This document shows positions 5,916 through 14,127 of a DNA stretch of 14,769 nt, one piece after another. Position 1 is the stretch's first letter, and each line of letters opens with the position of its first letter. A program made the position numbers and the translations under genes. The DNA lies in contig JBDREN010000060.1 in NCBI GenBank assembly GCA_043819795.1, positions 1-14,769 of the forward strand, given 5' to 3'. This stretch comes from Elusimicrobiota bacterium. Lineage in GTDB: Bacteria > Elusimicrobiota > Elusimicrobia > UBA1565. The notes below the pieces were generated by a model, which was not told the origin of the DNA, did no database searches, and saw only the letters and a list, made by a program, of their open reading frames with translations.

Positions 5916-8900
5916 CTAGCGGGACGGCCCTTCGGTGTCGAGGGGCGGCTCGGGGGCCGCGGGTCCGTCGCCGGAGTCCTCACGGCCGGAGGCGTCCCCG
6001 GGTCCTCCCGCGACGGCGGGACCGGCGGAAGCCTCGCTCGAGTCGGGCGAGGACCATCCTTCCTCGGAGGACACGACCAGAGGCGCGGCGGCTCCCGTAG
6101 ACGCGGCGCCGGACCCTCCGGGTCCTGTGCGCGCCTCGTCCCCGCTTGGCGGGGACGTACCTTCCCTGGAAGATTCCGGAAGAGGCACGACGGCCGCCAT
6201 AGGCGCGACGGACGCCGCCTCCGAGGCCTCGACCGCGGCCCCGACGAGGACCGGCTCCCGCTCGGCGTCGGCCTCGCCGCCGGAGGGCCTCTTCTTGAAG
6301 TCGACGGATATGATCTGGCTGACGCCCGACTCCTCCATCGTGATGCCGTAGATCGCGTCGCAGGCCTCCATCGTCTTCTTATTGTGGCTGACGATGAGGA
6401 ACTGCGTCCTGTCCACGAACTCGCGCAGCAGCGAGACGAAGCGGTCGACGTTGGCGTCGTCGAGCGCGGCATCGGCCTCGTCGAGCATGCAGATCGGGGC
6501 GGGCTTGACCATGAAGAAGGCGAACAAGAGCGCGATCGCCGTCAGGGCCTTCTCCCCGCCGGAGAGCTGGGAGATGCTCTGAAGCCTCTTCCCCGGAGGC
6601 TGGGCCACGATGTCGATGCCGGTCTCGAGCAGGTTCTCCTGGTCGGTCAGCACGAGGTCGGCCTCGCCCCCCTCGAAGAGCACGCCGTAGAGCTTGCGGA
6701 AGTGCTCCCGGACCTCGTGGAAGGTCTGGCGGAAGTTCTCCCTCGTCGTCGAGTTGATCTTGGTGATCACCGTGCGCAGGTCCTGCTTAGCCTGGCTGAG
6801 ATCGTCGATCTGGCCCTGAAGACGGTCGCGCCGCTTGGTGAGTTCCTCGTACTCTTCGGGAGCCGCCATATTGATGTTGCCCAAGGACTCGATGCGCCGC
6901 CGCAGGAACTGGATGCGGGCCTCGTCCACCGGCTGGTCCTTGTACTTCAGGCGCGCATCCTCCTCGCAGATCTTCCATTCCTCGAGAAGCCTGTCCACCA
7001 GGAACTTCCGCCGGGTCGCGAGCTCCGACACCCGCAGCTCCGAGGTGTGCAGCGTCTCCCGCAGCTCGTCGGCCTCGGCCTTCTTCTCATGGACCGTGTG
7101 CGTCAGGGCCTCGGCGTCCTTCCGGACCAGCTGCAGCTTCTCGAAGAGCGTGCTCGACTCCCGTTCCAGACCGGCCAGGTCCCGGTTGAACTCGTCGAGC
7201 CTTCGTTTGGAATCGGAGTCCACCTCGGCGAGCTCCTTGATACGGACCTCCCACTGCTCCTGCCGCTCCACCCGGCGCCGGATGGATAGATCGATCGCCT
7301 CCTTGTTCTCCACAAGGCTGTCGAAGCGCTCCTTGAGCAGGTTCCGCTGGGTCTCGATGTTCGCCAGCCTGGAGTCGAACTGCTCCCGCTGCGCGCCCAT
7401 CCTCGCGACCTCCTCGCCGAGCGTCGCGTGCTTCTTGGAGGCGTCCTCCTCCCCCCGGCGAAGGTCCGCGGCCTCCTCGCCGCCGCGGTCCGAGCTCCTG
7501 CGAAGCTCGATGAGCTCCTCCTTGACCGCGGCCAGATCGGCAAGCACCCGCGCCGCCTGCGCGATAAGGGACTCGACGTCCTCCTCGTAGAGCCGCAGGC
7601 TCTCGAGCTTCTGGTTCAGCTCGACTTCGAGCCCGTGGAATTTGAGCGACTCATCCGAGACCGACGCGCGGGCATCCTTCAGGAGCTCCTCGCACGCGGC
7701 CAGGTCCTTCTCGAGGCCGGCCTTCCTGCCGGCGAGCGCGCCGCGGCGCGCCTCCAGCTCCGCGAGCTCCTTGCGGACCGCCCCGATATCGGCGATGCCC
7801 GCCCGCAGGGCGTCCCCCTCGAGCGTGCCGCCGCATACCCAGTATCTGCCGTAGAGCCCGCCGTCGAGCGCGTAGGTCTCGGCGAGAAGATGGCGGATGA
7901 CGCGCTCGTGCTCCGGCGCGAAGCGGACCAGTTCGAGCAGCGGCCTGGCCCCGCCCGGCGCGCCGACCGCGGGCAGGGCGGACGCCGGCAGCGAGTCGGC
8001 CACCAGGAACCGGGCCCGGCCCTTGCCGCAACCCCTGAGGAACTCGACGCCCGCCCGCGCGGCCGGAAGGTCCTCGCAGACCACGGCGTAGAGGCGCTCG
8101 CCGAGGGCATCCTCGACGAAGGCGCGGTACGTCCCGCCGACGTCCAAGAGAGAGCGGACCGTCCCGACGATCCCCGGGATCCCGGCGTCGACGACCGCGT
8201 GCGCCCCGACCCAGTAGGGGTCCTGCGCGCCCTGCGTCTCGAGCGCCTCGATCCGCGCGCCAAGGCGCGCCGAATCGGCGTGCAGCCCGAGCGCCTCCTC
8301 GGAAAGCGCGGACAGCCGGCCCTGGAACTCGTCGCGCTCGGCCTCAAGCAGCAGAGCGTTCTGACGAGCCTCGGCGATCCGCGACTTCTGCTCCGTGGCC
8401 GCGCGCTCCTGGCGGTCGGCCTCCCCGCGCGCCGAATCGGTCTGGACGGACTTCTTCTCGGCCTCCTTGAGGGTGCGGAGCAGCTCGTACTCGAGCTGGC
8501 CCTGCCGGCTCTCGGCCGCCGAGAGCCGGCGGGAGACGTTCTGGCTCTCCTCGACCACCTCGAGGAGACTCTTCCGGAGTCCGGCCAGATCGGCCGCCGC
8601 GGCGTCGCGCTCGGCCGCCAAGCGCTCGTACTCGCCGCTGAATCCGTCGACCTCGGCGCGCGCCTCGTCCAGCCTGGCCGACGCCCCTTCGTGGTCCTGG
8701 CGGGCGCGCTCGATGCCGGGATCCATCTCGGCCGCGCGGGACTTCTCGGTCCGCAGGTCCTCGCGCGACGTCGCGAGCTGGGCCTTCAGGTCGCGGGAGC
8801 TGTGGACGGCGTTGGCGATCCTTTCCTCGAGCCGGCCGATCTCGGACTTGACGGCCGCGATCTTCTGGTTCGACTCCATCGCGACCGATTCCTGCCCCGC

Positions 8901-9728
8901 GCGCTCGAGGTTGAGCGCCGCCAGGCGGCCTTCGTCGGCCTCGACGCCCGTGAGGAGCCCCGAGAGCTTCTCCGAGAACGGCGCGGCGCGCTCTTTCTCG
9001 GACGCGACCTGGCCGTCGATCCCGGCGACCTCCCGGAGTATATGGCCGGCCTCCATGGCCCCGAGCTCCGTCTTGTACTTCGTGAAGAGCCGGGCCTTGC
9101 GGGCATCGGCGTCGAGCTTCTTGATCTGCTCGTTGATCAGAGAGACCGAGTCCTGCAGGCGGCCGAGGTCGATCTCGACGCGGTCGAGCTTGCGGAGGGC
9201 CTCCTGGCGCTTGGCCTTATACTTGGCGACGCCGGCCGCCTCCTCGAACAGGGCCCTGCGGTCCTCGGGCTTGGCGTTGAGCACGAAGTCGACCTGCCCC
9301 TGGTCGATGATCGCGTAGCCGTCGTTGCCGATGCCGGTGTCGAGGAAAAGCTCCCGGATGTCGCGCAGGCGGCACTGCGTCTTGTTTAGATGGTACTCCG
9401 ACTCGCCGGAGCGATAGATGCGCCGGGTGACCTGGACCTCGGAGTACTGGACCGGCAGCTGGCTGCGCGCGTTGTCGAAGGTCAGCGTGACCTCCGCGAG
9501 GTTCACGGGGTTGCGGCGGGCGGTGCCCGCGAAGATGACGCTCACCATCGAATCGGAGCGCAGCGACTTCCAGGACATCTCGCCGATGCACCACCGGATG
9601 GACTCGACGATGTTGCTCTTCCCGCATCCGTTCGGACCTATCACGCCCGTGATGCCGGGATTGACCGCGATGCGGGTCCTCTCAGCGAAGGACTTGAATC
9701 CGATGATGTCGATGCATTTCAGATACAT
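5916..9728 (-). CDS. smc: Chromosome segregation protein SMC
   Basis: MYLKxIxIxGFKSF start; Walker A GPNGCGKS; Q-loop IIDQG; coiled coils; central hinge; LGNINMAAPEEY; signature LSGGE; Walker B/D-loop LDEADAALD; SHNK. ATG 9728 preferred over GTG 9737 because GGGGTG then serves as SD. Confidence 0.96.
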   Translation of the reverse strand: MYLKCIDIIGFKSFAERTRIAVNPGITGVIGPNGCGKSNIVESIRWCIGEMSWKSLRSDSMVSVIFAGTARRNPVNLAEVTLTFDNARSQLPVQYSEVQVTRRIYRSGESEYHLNKTQCRLRDIRELFLDTGIGNDGYAIIDQGQVDFVLNAKPEDRRALFEEAAGVAKYKAKRQEALRKLDRVEIDLGRLQDSVSLINEQIKKLDADARKARLFTKYKTELGAMEAGHILREVAGIDGQVASEKERAAPFSEKLSGLLTGVEADEGRLAALNLERAGQESVAMESNQKIAAVKSEIGRLEERIANAVHSSRDLKAQLATSREDLRTEKSRAAEMDPGIERARQDHEGASARLDEARAEVDGFSGEYERLAAERDAAAADLAGLRKSLLEVVEESQNVSRRLSAAESRQGQLEYELLRTLKEAEKKSVQTDSARGEADRQERAATEQKSRIAEARQNALLLEAERDEFQGRLSALSEEALGLHADSARLGARIEALETQGAQDPYWVGAHAVVDAGIPGIVGTVRSLLDVGGTYRAFVEDALGERLYAVVCEDLPAARAGVEFLRGCGKGRARFLVADSLPASALPAVGAPGGARPLLELVRFAPEHERVIRHLLAETYALDGGLYGRYWVCGGTLEGDALRAGIADIGAVRKELAELEARRGALAGRKAGLEKDLAACEELLKDARASVSDESLKFHGLEVELNQKLESLRLYEEDVESLIAQAARVLADLAAVKEELIELRRSSDRGGEEAADLRRGEEDASKKHATLGEEVARMGAQREQFDSRLANIETQRNLLKERFDSLVENKEAIDLSIRRRVERQEQWEVRIKELAEVDSDSKRRLDEFNRDLAGLERESSTLFEKLQLVRKDAEALTHTVHEKKAEADELRETLHTSELRVSELATRRKFLVDRLLEEWKICEEDARLKYKDQPVDEARIQFLRRRIESLGNINMAAPEEYEELTKRRDRLQGQIDDLSQAKQDLRTVITKINSTTRENFRQTFHEVREHFRKLYGVLFEGGEADLVLTDQENLLETGIDIVAQPPGKRLQSISQLSGGEKALTAIALLFAFFMVKPAPICMLDEADAALDDANVDRFVSLLREFVDRTQFLIVSHNKKTMEACDAIYGITMEESGVSQIISVDFKKRPSGGEADAEREPVLVGAAVEASEAASVAPMAAVVPLPESSREGTSPPSGDEARTGPGGSGAASTGAAAPLVVSSEEGWSSPDSSEASAGPAVAGGPGDASGREDSGDGPAAPEPPLDTEGPSR

Positions 9729-9828
9729 GCAGAGCACCCCTGCGGACCCCTTTCCGCCCGGCCTCGCCCGGTGGAATCGAGTCCATATTCAGCTATCTAT
9801 TAGCCTATTCTTGCCAAAAACGCTGCTT

Positions 9829-9857
9829 AGTTTAGCACTTTACGACGAGGAATTCAA
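9829..9857 (-). promoter_or_regulatory. Sigma70-type promoter for smc
   Basis: TTGAAT (9857-9852), 17-nt spacer, TAAACT (9834-9829) preceded by the extended -10 TGn, in an AT-rich intergenic region. Confidence 0.65.
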
Positions 9858-9874
9858 TGGAAAATCAATTTCTG

Positions 9875-11542
9875 TCAATTTCCGAAGCCGCTTCCCCGAC
9901 GGAAGCGATCGGACACCGTGACCGGCAGGCGTCCCTTGGACGGGATCTCGCCGAAGATGAGGCGGGCGGCCGCGGAAAGCGACGCGCGGGTGGGGCCGTA
10001 GGTCAGGACCACGGTCTTCGCGGCCGGATAATGGCGCGCGTCATAAGGGTTCATGAGGCTCACCAACACCGTCGGCTTGCCCAGGTCGAGCAGGCGGCGG
10101 ACCAGCCGCCGCTGGGCGACCGGGGGCTCGTTGCCCCACAGATACGTCCCCACGATAAGAAAGTCCGCGTCCCGAGCCCGGCGCACGGCCAGCTCGGCGG
10201 CCTTCTCGTCCGGGTTCGGGCTCAGGGCGTGCCCGCGGGTCGGCGCGTGGCGGCGTTTGAGCTCTCGCACGAATCCCTCCACGTGGTCGGAGAACCGGGA
10301 GGGGCGGAGCGCGATCACGAGCAGCGACTTCCCGCCCTGCGGGCGCAGCGGCAGAAGCGAGGCGTCGTCGCGCAGGAGCGTCACGGCGGCGTCGGCGATC
10401 CGGCCGGCGAGTCCGGGGTCCGGCTCCACCTCGGGGCGCCGCTCCGCCATCCGCCTCTTCGCCTCCAAGACGCGCCGGACCGACTCCGCCAGGCGCTCGC
10501 GCCCGATCCGCCCGTCGCGCACCGCCTCAAGGAAACGCTCGTATACCGGGGGATAGGCCGCCTTGCCGGGGAGCAGAAGGTCGCACCCGGCCAAGAAGGC
10601 GCGGACCGCGGCCTCCGGGACGTCCAGGGAACGCGTGATCGCCCTCATCGTCAGGCTGTCCGAGACGATCACCCCGTCGAAGCCGAGCCGCTCCCGAAGC
10701 AGGCCGCGGAGCGCCGCGCTGGAGAGCGTGACGGGAAGCGGCCCCGTCCCCAGGGCGGGCACGCTGATGTGCGCGGTCATGATCATGGGCACGCCCGCCT
10801 CCACCGCCGCGCGGAAAGGGACGAGGTCCACGGCCTCGAGCTCCTCGATGGAACGGTCCAGGACGGGCAGCCCCGTATGCGAGTCCACGTCCGTATCGCC
10901 GTGGCCCGGGAAATGCTTGGCGGCCGCGAGGACGCCTCCGTCCCGGTAGCCGCGCAGGGCGGCCGCGCCCAGCCGCGCGACGTCCGCCGGGTCCTCGCCG
11001 AACGAGCGCACGCCGATGATCGGGTTGCGCGGGTCGCTGTTGACGTCGAGGACGGGCGCGAAATTGACGCGGATCCCGAAGGACCCAAGCTCCGCCGCGC
11101 TTTGGGCGGCCGCGGCCGCGGCCAGCTCGGCGGAGCCGGCCGCTCCCAGCGCCATGTTTCCGGGGAATACCGTCGCGCCGAAGCTGTGCTGGGTGAAGAG
11201 GGCTCCCCCCTCGTGGTCGACGGCGACGAGGAACGGGACCTTACCGGGCGAGGCCGAGGCCCATCGCCGGAGCTTGGCCGTGAAGCGCCGCAGCTCCGGG
11301 GCGCTGAACCGGTTCCAGCGCAGCAGCCCTCCGCCCAGCCGCCCGGACCGGATGTGCTCCTCGTAGCGGGCCGCGGACTTCTCATCGATCACGGGCATGA
11401 ACAGCTGCCCGACCTGCTCCTCGACCGAGAGGCCTTCGACGGAGCCGGGGAACGCGCCGCTGCCCGGCGCGGCCTCCGTCCATTGGACGCAGGCGACGCA
11501 CAGCGACGCCGATAGCAGCCGGAAGGATGCCGACCCTCGCAT
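9875..11542 (-). CDS. nagZ: GH3 beta-N-acetylhexosaminidase, two-domain, predicted exported
   Basis: AVDHEGG, NFAPVLD, the NagZ signature KHFPGHGDTDVDSH, nucleophile region VSDSLTM, C-terminal GH3 domain. The N-terminus resembles a signal peptide. Start is ATG 11542 or GTG 11545. Confidence 0.93.
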   Translation of the reverse strand: MRGSASFRLLSASLCVACVQWTEAAPGSGAFPGSVEGLSVEEQVGQLFMPVIDEKSAARYEEHIRSGRLGGGLLRWNRFSAPELRRFTAKLRRWASASPGKVPFLVAVDHEGGALFTQHSFGATVFPGNMALGAAGSAELAAAAAAQSAAELGSFGIRVNFAPVLDVNSDPRNPIIGVRSFGEDPADVARLGAAALRGYRDGGVLAAAKHFPGHGDTDVDSHTGLPVLDRSIEELEAVDLVPFRAAVEAGVPMIMTAHISVPALGTGPLPVTLSSAALRGLLRERLGFDGVIVSDSLTMRAITRSLDVPEAAVRAFLAGCDLLLPGKAAYPPVYERFLEAVRDGRIGRERLAESVRRVLEAKRRMAERRPEVEPDPGLAGRIADAAVTLLRDDASLLPLRPQGGKSLLVIALRPSRFSDHVEGFVRELKRRHAPTRGHALSPNPDEKAAELAVRRARDADFLIVGTYLWGNEPPVAQRRLVRRLLDLGKPTVLVSLMNPYDARHYPAAKTVVLTYGPTRASLSAAARLIFGEIPSKGRLPVTVSDRFRRGSGFGN

Positions 11543-11549
11543 CACGCAG

Positions 11550-11558
11550 ATGATACCA
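11550..11558 (-). promoter_or_regulatory. Extended -10 promoter element for nagZ, probably leaderless
   Basis: TG-G-TATCAT (11558-11550) lies 7 nt before ATG 11542; no SD. Confidence 0.5.
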
Positions 11559-11571
11559 TGGAGGATAGCGG

Positions 11572-11604
11572 CTCGGCACGCGTTCGAACGTCCGCGGTGC
11601 CGAG
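11572..11604. promoter_or_regulatory. Inverted repeat between the divergent nagZ and mltA promoters (candidate operator)
   Basis: CTCGGCAC-N17-GTGCCGAG enclosing the perfect palindrome CGTTCGAACG (11581-11590). Confidence 0.4.
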
Positions 11605-11628
11605 GCCGGGCGGCGCTTGGGGTATGCG

Positions 11629-11656
11629 TTGCCGGCGTGGGTCAAACTTGTATAAT
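11629..11656 (+). promoter_or_regulatory. Sigma70 promoter for mltA-namZ, probably leaderless
   Basis: TTGCCG (11629-11634), 16-nt spacer, TATAAT (11651-11656). ATG 11663 follows 6 nt later with no SD. Confidence 0.7.
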
Positions 11657-11662
11657 CCGTCG

Positions 11663-12877
11663 ATGCGCGTGATTCATTTTTTCATCGCGGCCCTTTTGCT
11701 CTCCGCGGCCTGCGTCCCGCGCCCGGCGCGCGCGCCCGGCGCGGAATCCGGCGGGACTCCCGAGACGGTGCGGCGGGTGCCGCCGGACCGGTGGCCGCCG
11801 GTCGCCGACGACCTCGATACGGGCTCCCTGGAAGAGTCCGGCCGGCGCGCCGTCGCCGCCCTGCGGCAGCGCGGCGACCGGCTGCTCGCGTTGGGCGGGC
11901 GCCGCGTGGGCACGCAGCTCCTCATCGACACGATCGAGGAGCTCCTGCGCCTGCGCACGGACTCGGAGGGCGGCGGCGACTTCTCCGCGCGCCTCAAGGA
12001 AAGCTTCGACCTCTACCGCGTCGGCGGTCCCGCCCGTTTCTCGGCCTACTACCAGCCCGTGATCCCGGCCAGCCGCGAGCGCACCGATGAGCGCCCATAC
12101 CCGCTGTACCGCAAGCCCGCGGATCTCGTCGAGGCCGACCTCGGAGCCTTCGACGCGGAACGGAAGGGGGAGCGCGTCGTGGGGCGCGTAGACGATAAGG
12201 GCCGCTTCGTCCCCTACTTCGACCGGCGCGATATCGACGTGCGCGAGGCGCTCAAAGGGCGGGGGCTCGAAATCGCCTGGCTGGGCGGCCAGTTCGACCG
12301 CCTCAACCTCCACATCCAGGGCTCGGGCCTGCTGCGCTTCCCCGACGGGACGGAGGCCATGGCCAGCTTCGCGGCGACCAACGGCCGCCCGTACCGGAGC
12401 GTCGGCCTGGCTGTGGCGGGCTCCGGCGCCATGACGCGCGAGGAGCTGAACCACGACACCCTGCGCCGTTACCTGGGTGAGCATCCCGAGGGAGAGGCGT
12501 GGCTCCTGAGCCGCAACCCGCGCTACACATTCTTCGAGCTCGCCCCGCTTCCGAAGGACGCCGAGCCGTTCGGAAGCATGGGCCAGCGGCTGACGCCGGG
12601 CCGCTCGATCGCCGTCGACCCGGCCGTCGTGCCCCTCGGCGCGGTCGCGTACATGGTCTTCCCCATGGTCCAGGCGGACGAGTCGGGCCGCCGGCTCGCC
12701 AAGAGCCCGACGCGGCGATTCGCTCTGTGCCAGGACACCGGCGGGGCGATCAAGGGCCCCGCGCGGGTGGACCTCTACCTCGGACACGGGCCCGAGGCGC
12801 GAGCCACCGCGCACGATGTATGGGACATGGGCGAACTCTACATCCTCCTCAAAAAGCTCCCGCCCAGGACGCGATGA
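11663..12877 (+). CDS. mltA: Membrane-bound lytic murein transglycosylase A (lipoprotein)
   Basis: MRVIHFFIAALLLSAAC lipoprotein-like signal; FSAYYQP, HIQGSG, TNGRPY, NPRYTFF; 3D-domain motifs SIAVD, QDTGGAIKG, RVDLYLG. Start re-called from 11558 to 11663. Confidence 0.93.
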   Translation: MRVIHFFIAALLLSAACVPRPARAPGAESGGTPETVRRVPPDRWPPVADDLDTGSLEESGRRAVAALRQRGDRLLALGGRRVGTQLLIDTIEELLRLRTDSEGGGDFSARLKESFDLYRVGGPARFSAYYQPVIPASRERTDERPYPLYRKPADLVEADLGAFDAERKGERVVGRVDDKGRFVPYFDRRDIDVREALKGRGLEIAWLGGQFDRLNLHIQGSGLLRFPDGTEAMASFAATNGRPYRSVGLAVAGSGAMTREELNHDTLRRYLGEHPEGEAWLLSRNPRYTFFELAPLPKDAEPFGSMGQRLTPGRSIAVDPAVVPLGAVAYMVFPMVQADESGRRLAKSPTRRFALCQDTGGAIKGPARVDLYLGHGPEARATAHDVWDMGELYILLKKLPPRTR

Positions 12878-14127
12878 GGACGAAGCTCCTGCTGCCGGCC
12901 CTGCTGCTCGTGGCCGCCGGCGCGTCCATCGGCGGACAGGCGCGCGAGGCCCGGGGAGCCGGCGCCGAGCCCCCGGCCGACGGGGAAGTGCTGACCGGGA
13001 TCGATGTCTTGCAGGAGAACGGCTTCCGGGAGATCAAAGGCCGGCGCATCGGGCTGATCACGAACCAGACCGGGATCGACCGCAAGGGACGCTCCACCGT
13101 CCACATCCTCGCGAACGCGCCCGGCGTCGAGCTGAAGGCGCTGTTCTCGCCCGAGCACGGCCTGGCCGGGTTCGAGGAGGCCGAGGAGGTCGGCTCGGGC
13201 TCCTATCAGCTGCCGACCGGCGAGCAGATACCCCTCTATAGCCTCTACGGCGCCACCCGAACGCCCACGGGCGCGATGCTCAAGGGCCTGGACTCGCTCG
13301 TCTTCGACATCCAGGACATCGGCGCGCGCTTCTTCACCTACGCCACGACCATGGCCATGGCCATGGAGAGCGCGACCGCGGAGGGGATCGACTTCGTCGT
13401 CCTCGACCGGCCGAACCCCATCAACGGGAGCTCGGTCGAGGGCGCGGTCCTGGAGCCGGACATCCGCCATTTCATCGCCTACTTCCCCATACCCGTCCGG
13501 CACGGCCTCACGCTGGGCGAGATCGCGCGGCTGCACAACTTCCACACGCGGCTCGGCGCGCGCCTGCAGGTCGTCCCCCTCAAGGGCTGGAAGCGCGCGA
13601 TGTGGTACGACGAGACGGGGCTCCCCTGGACGCGGCCGTCTCCCAACATGCCGGACCTCGACGCGGCCACGCTCTATCCCGGGATCGCCTGCTTCGAGGC
13701 GACGAACGTCTCGGTCGGCCGCGGCACGGAGCTGCCCTTCCGCTGGATCGGCGCGCCGTGGATGAAGGCGCAGCCTCTGGTGCGGCGCATGCGCGCCGCG
13801 GGGCTCAAGGGCGTGCGCTTCACGGCCAAGCGCTTCACCCCGAGCAAGAGCGTCTTCAAAGGAGAGAGTTCCGACGGCATCCTGATGAGCGTCACCGACC
13901 GCGACGCGGTGCGCCCGCTCCGGATCTTCGCGCATCTCGTGACCGCCATGCGGGCGCTCCACCCGCGAGAATTCGTCGTCGACATGAAGCGCATGCCGCG
14001 CTTCACGGGCACCCGCAGCTTCAACCGGCTCTACGAGAGCGGGGCCGCGCCCCAGGACATCATCGCGGTCTTTGACGCGGACGCCCGCCGCTTCCAGGCG
14101 CAGCGGGCGCCGTTCCTCCTGTATTGA
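12874..14127 (+). CDS. namZ: DUF1343 exo-beta-N-acetylmuramidase (NamZ/YbbC family), predicted exported
   Basis: Signal-like MRTKLLLPALLLVAAGA; GLITNQTG, LFSPEHG, FDIQDIGARFFTY, LDRPNP, RHGLTLGE, PSPNMP. ATGA overlap with the mltA stop; start re-called from 12499. Confidence 0.92.
   Translation: MRTKLLLPALLLVAAGASIGGQAREARGAGAEPPADGEVLTGIDVLQENGFREIKGRRIGLITNQTGIDRKGRSTVHILANAPGVELKALFSPEHGLAGFEEAEEVGSGSYQLPTGEQIPLYSLYGATRTPTGAMLKGLDSLVFDIQDIGARFFTYATTMAMAMESATAEGIDFVVLDRPNPINGSSVEGAVLEPDIRHFIAYFPIPVRHGLTLGEIARLHNFHTRLGARLQVVPLKGWKRAMWYDETGLPWTRPSPNMPDLDAATLYPGIACFEATNVSVGRGTELPFRWIGAPWMKAQPLVRRMRAAGLKGVRFTAKRFTPSKSVFKGESSDGILMSVTDRDAVRPLRIFAHLVTAMRALHPREFVVDMKRMPRFTGTRSFNRLYESGAAPQDIIAVFDADARRFQAQRAPFLLY

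Noticed and set aside
5175..9389. Long plus-strand ORFs (704, 653 and 307 aa) antisense to smc and the phosphoesterase
   Set aside because: Shadow ORFs expected from high GC and strong codon bias; no recognisable motifs, and the opposite strand carries well-supported genes.
5916..9728. SMC plus phosphoesterase as SbcCD/Rad50-Mre11 or an SMC-based defence system (Wadjet, Lamassu)
   Set aside because: The protein has a hinge domain rather than a CXXC zinc hook and canonical condensin Smc motifs. The phosphoesterase is the small NPGSVGQPRD type rather than SbcD, and no jet/lmu partners are present.
9738..9874. AT-rich intergenic region as a replication origin or parS site
   Set aside because: No DnaA boxes (TTATCCACA) or parS palindrome seen; the smc promoter explains the AT content.
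9857..13962. Antisense ORFs over nagZ, mltA and namZ, and upstream extensions of mltA (11558) and namZ (12499)
   Set aside because: Shadow frames. Signal peptides, promoter position and the stop/start overlap support the later starts.
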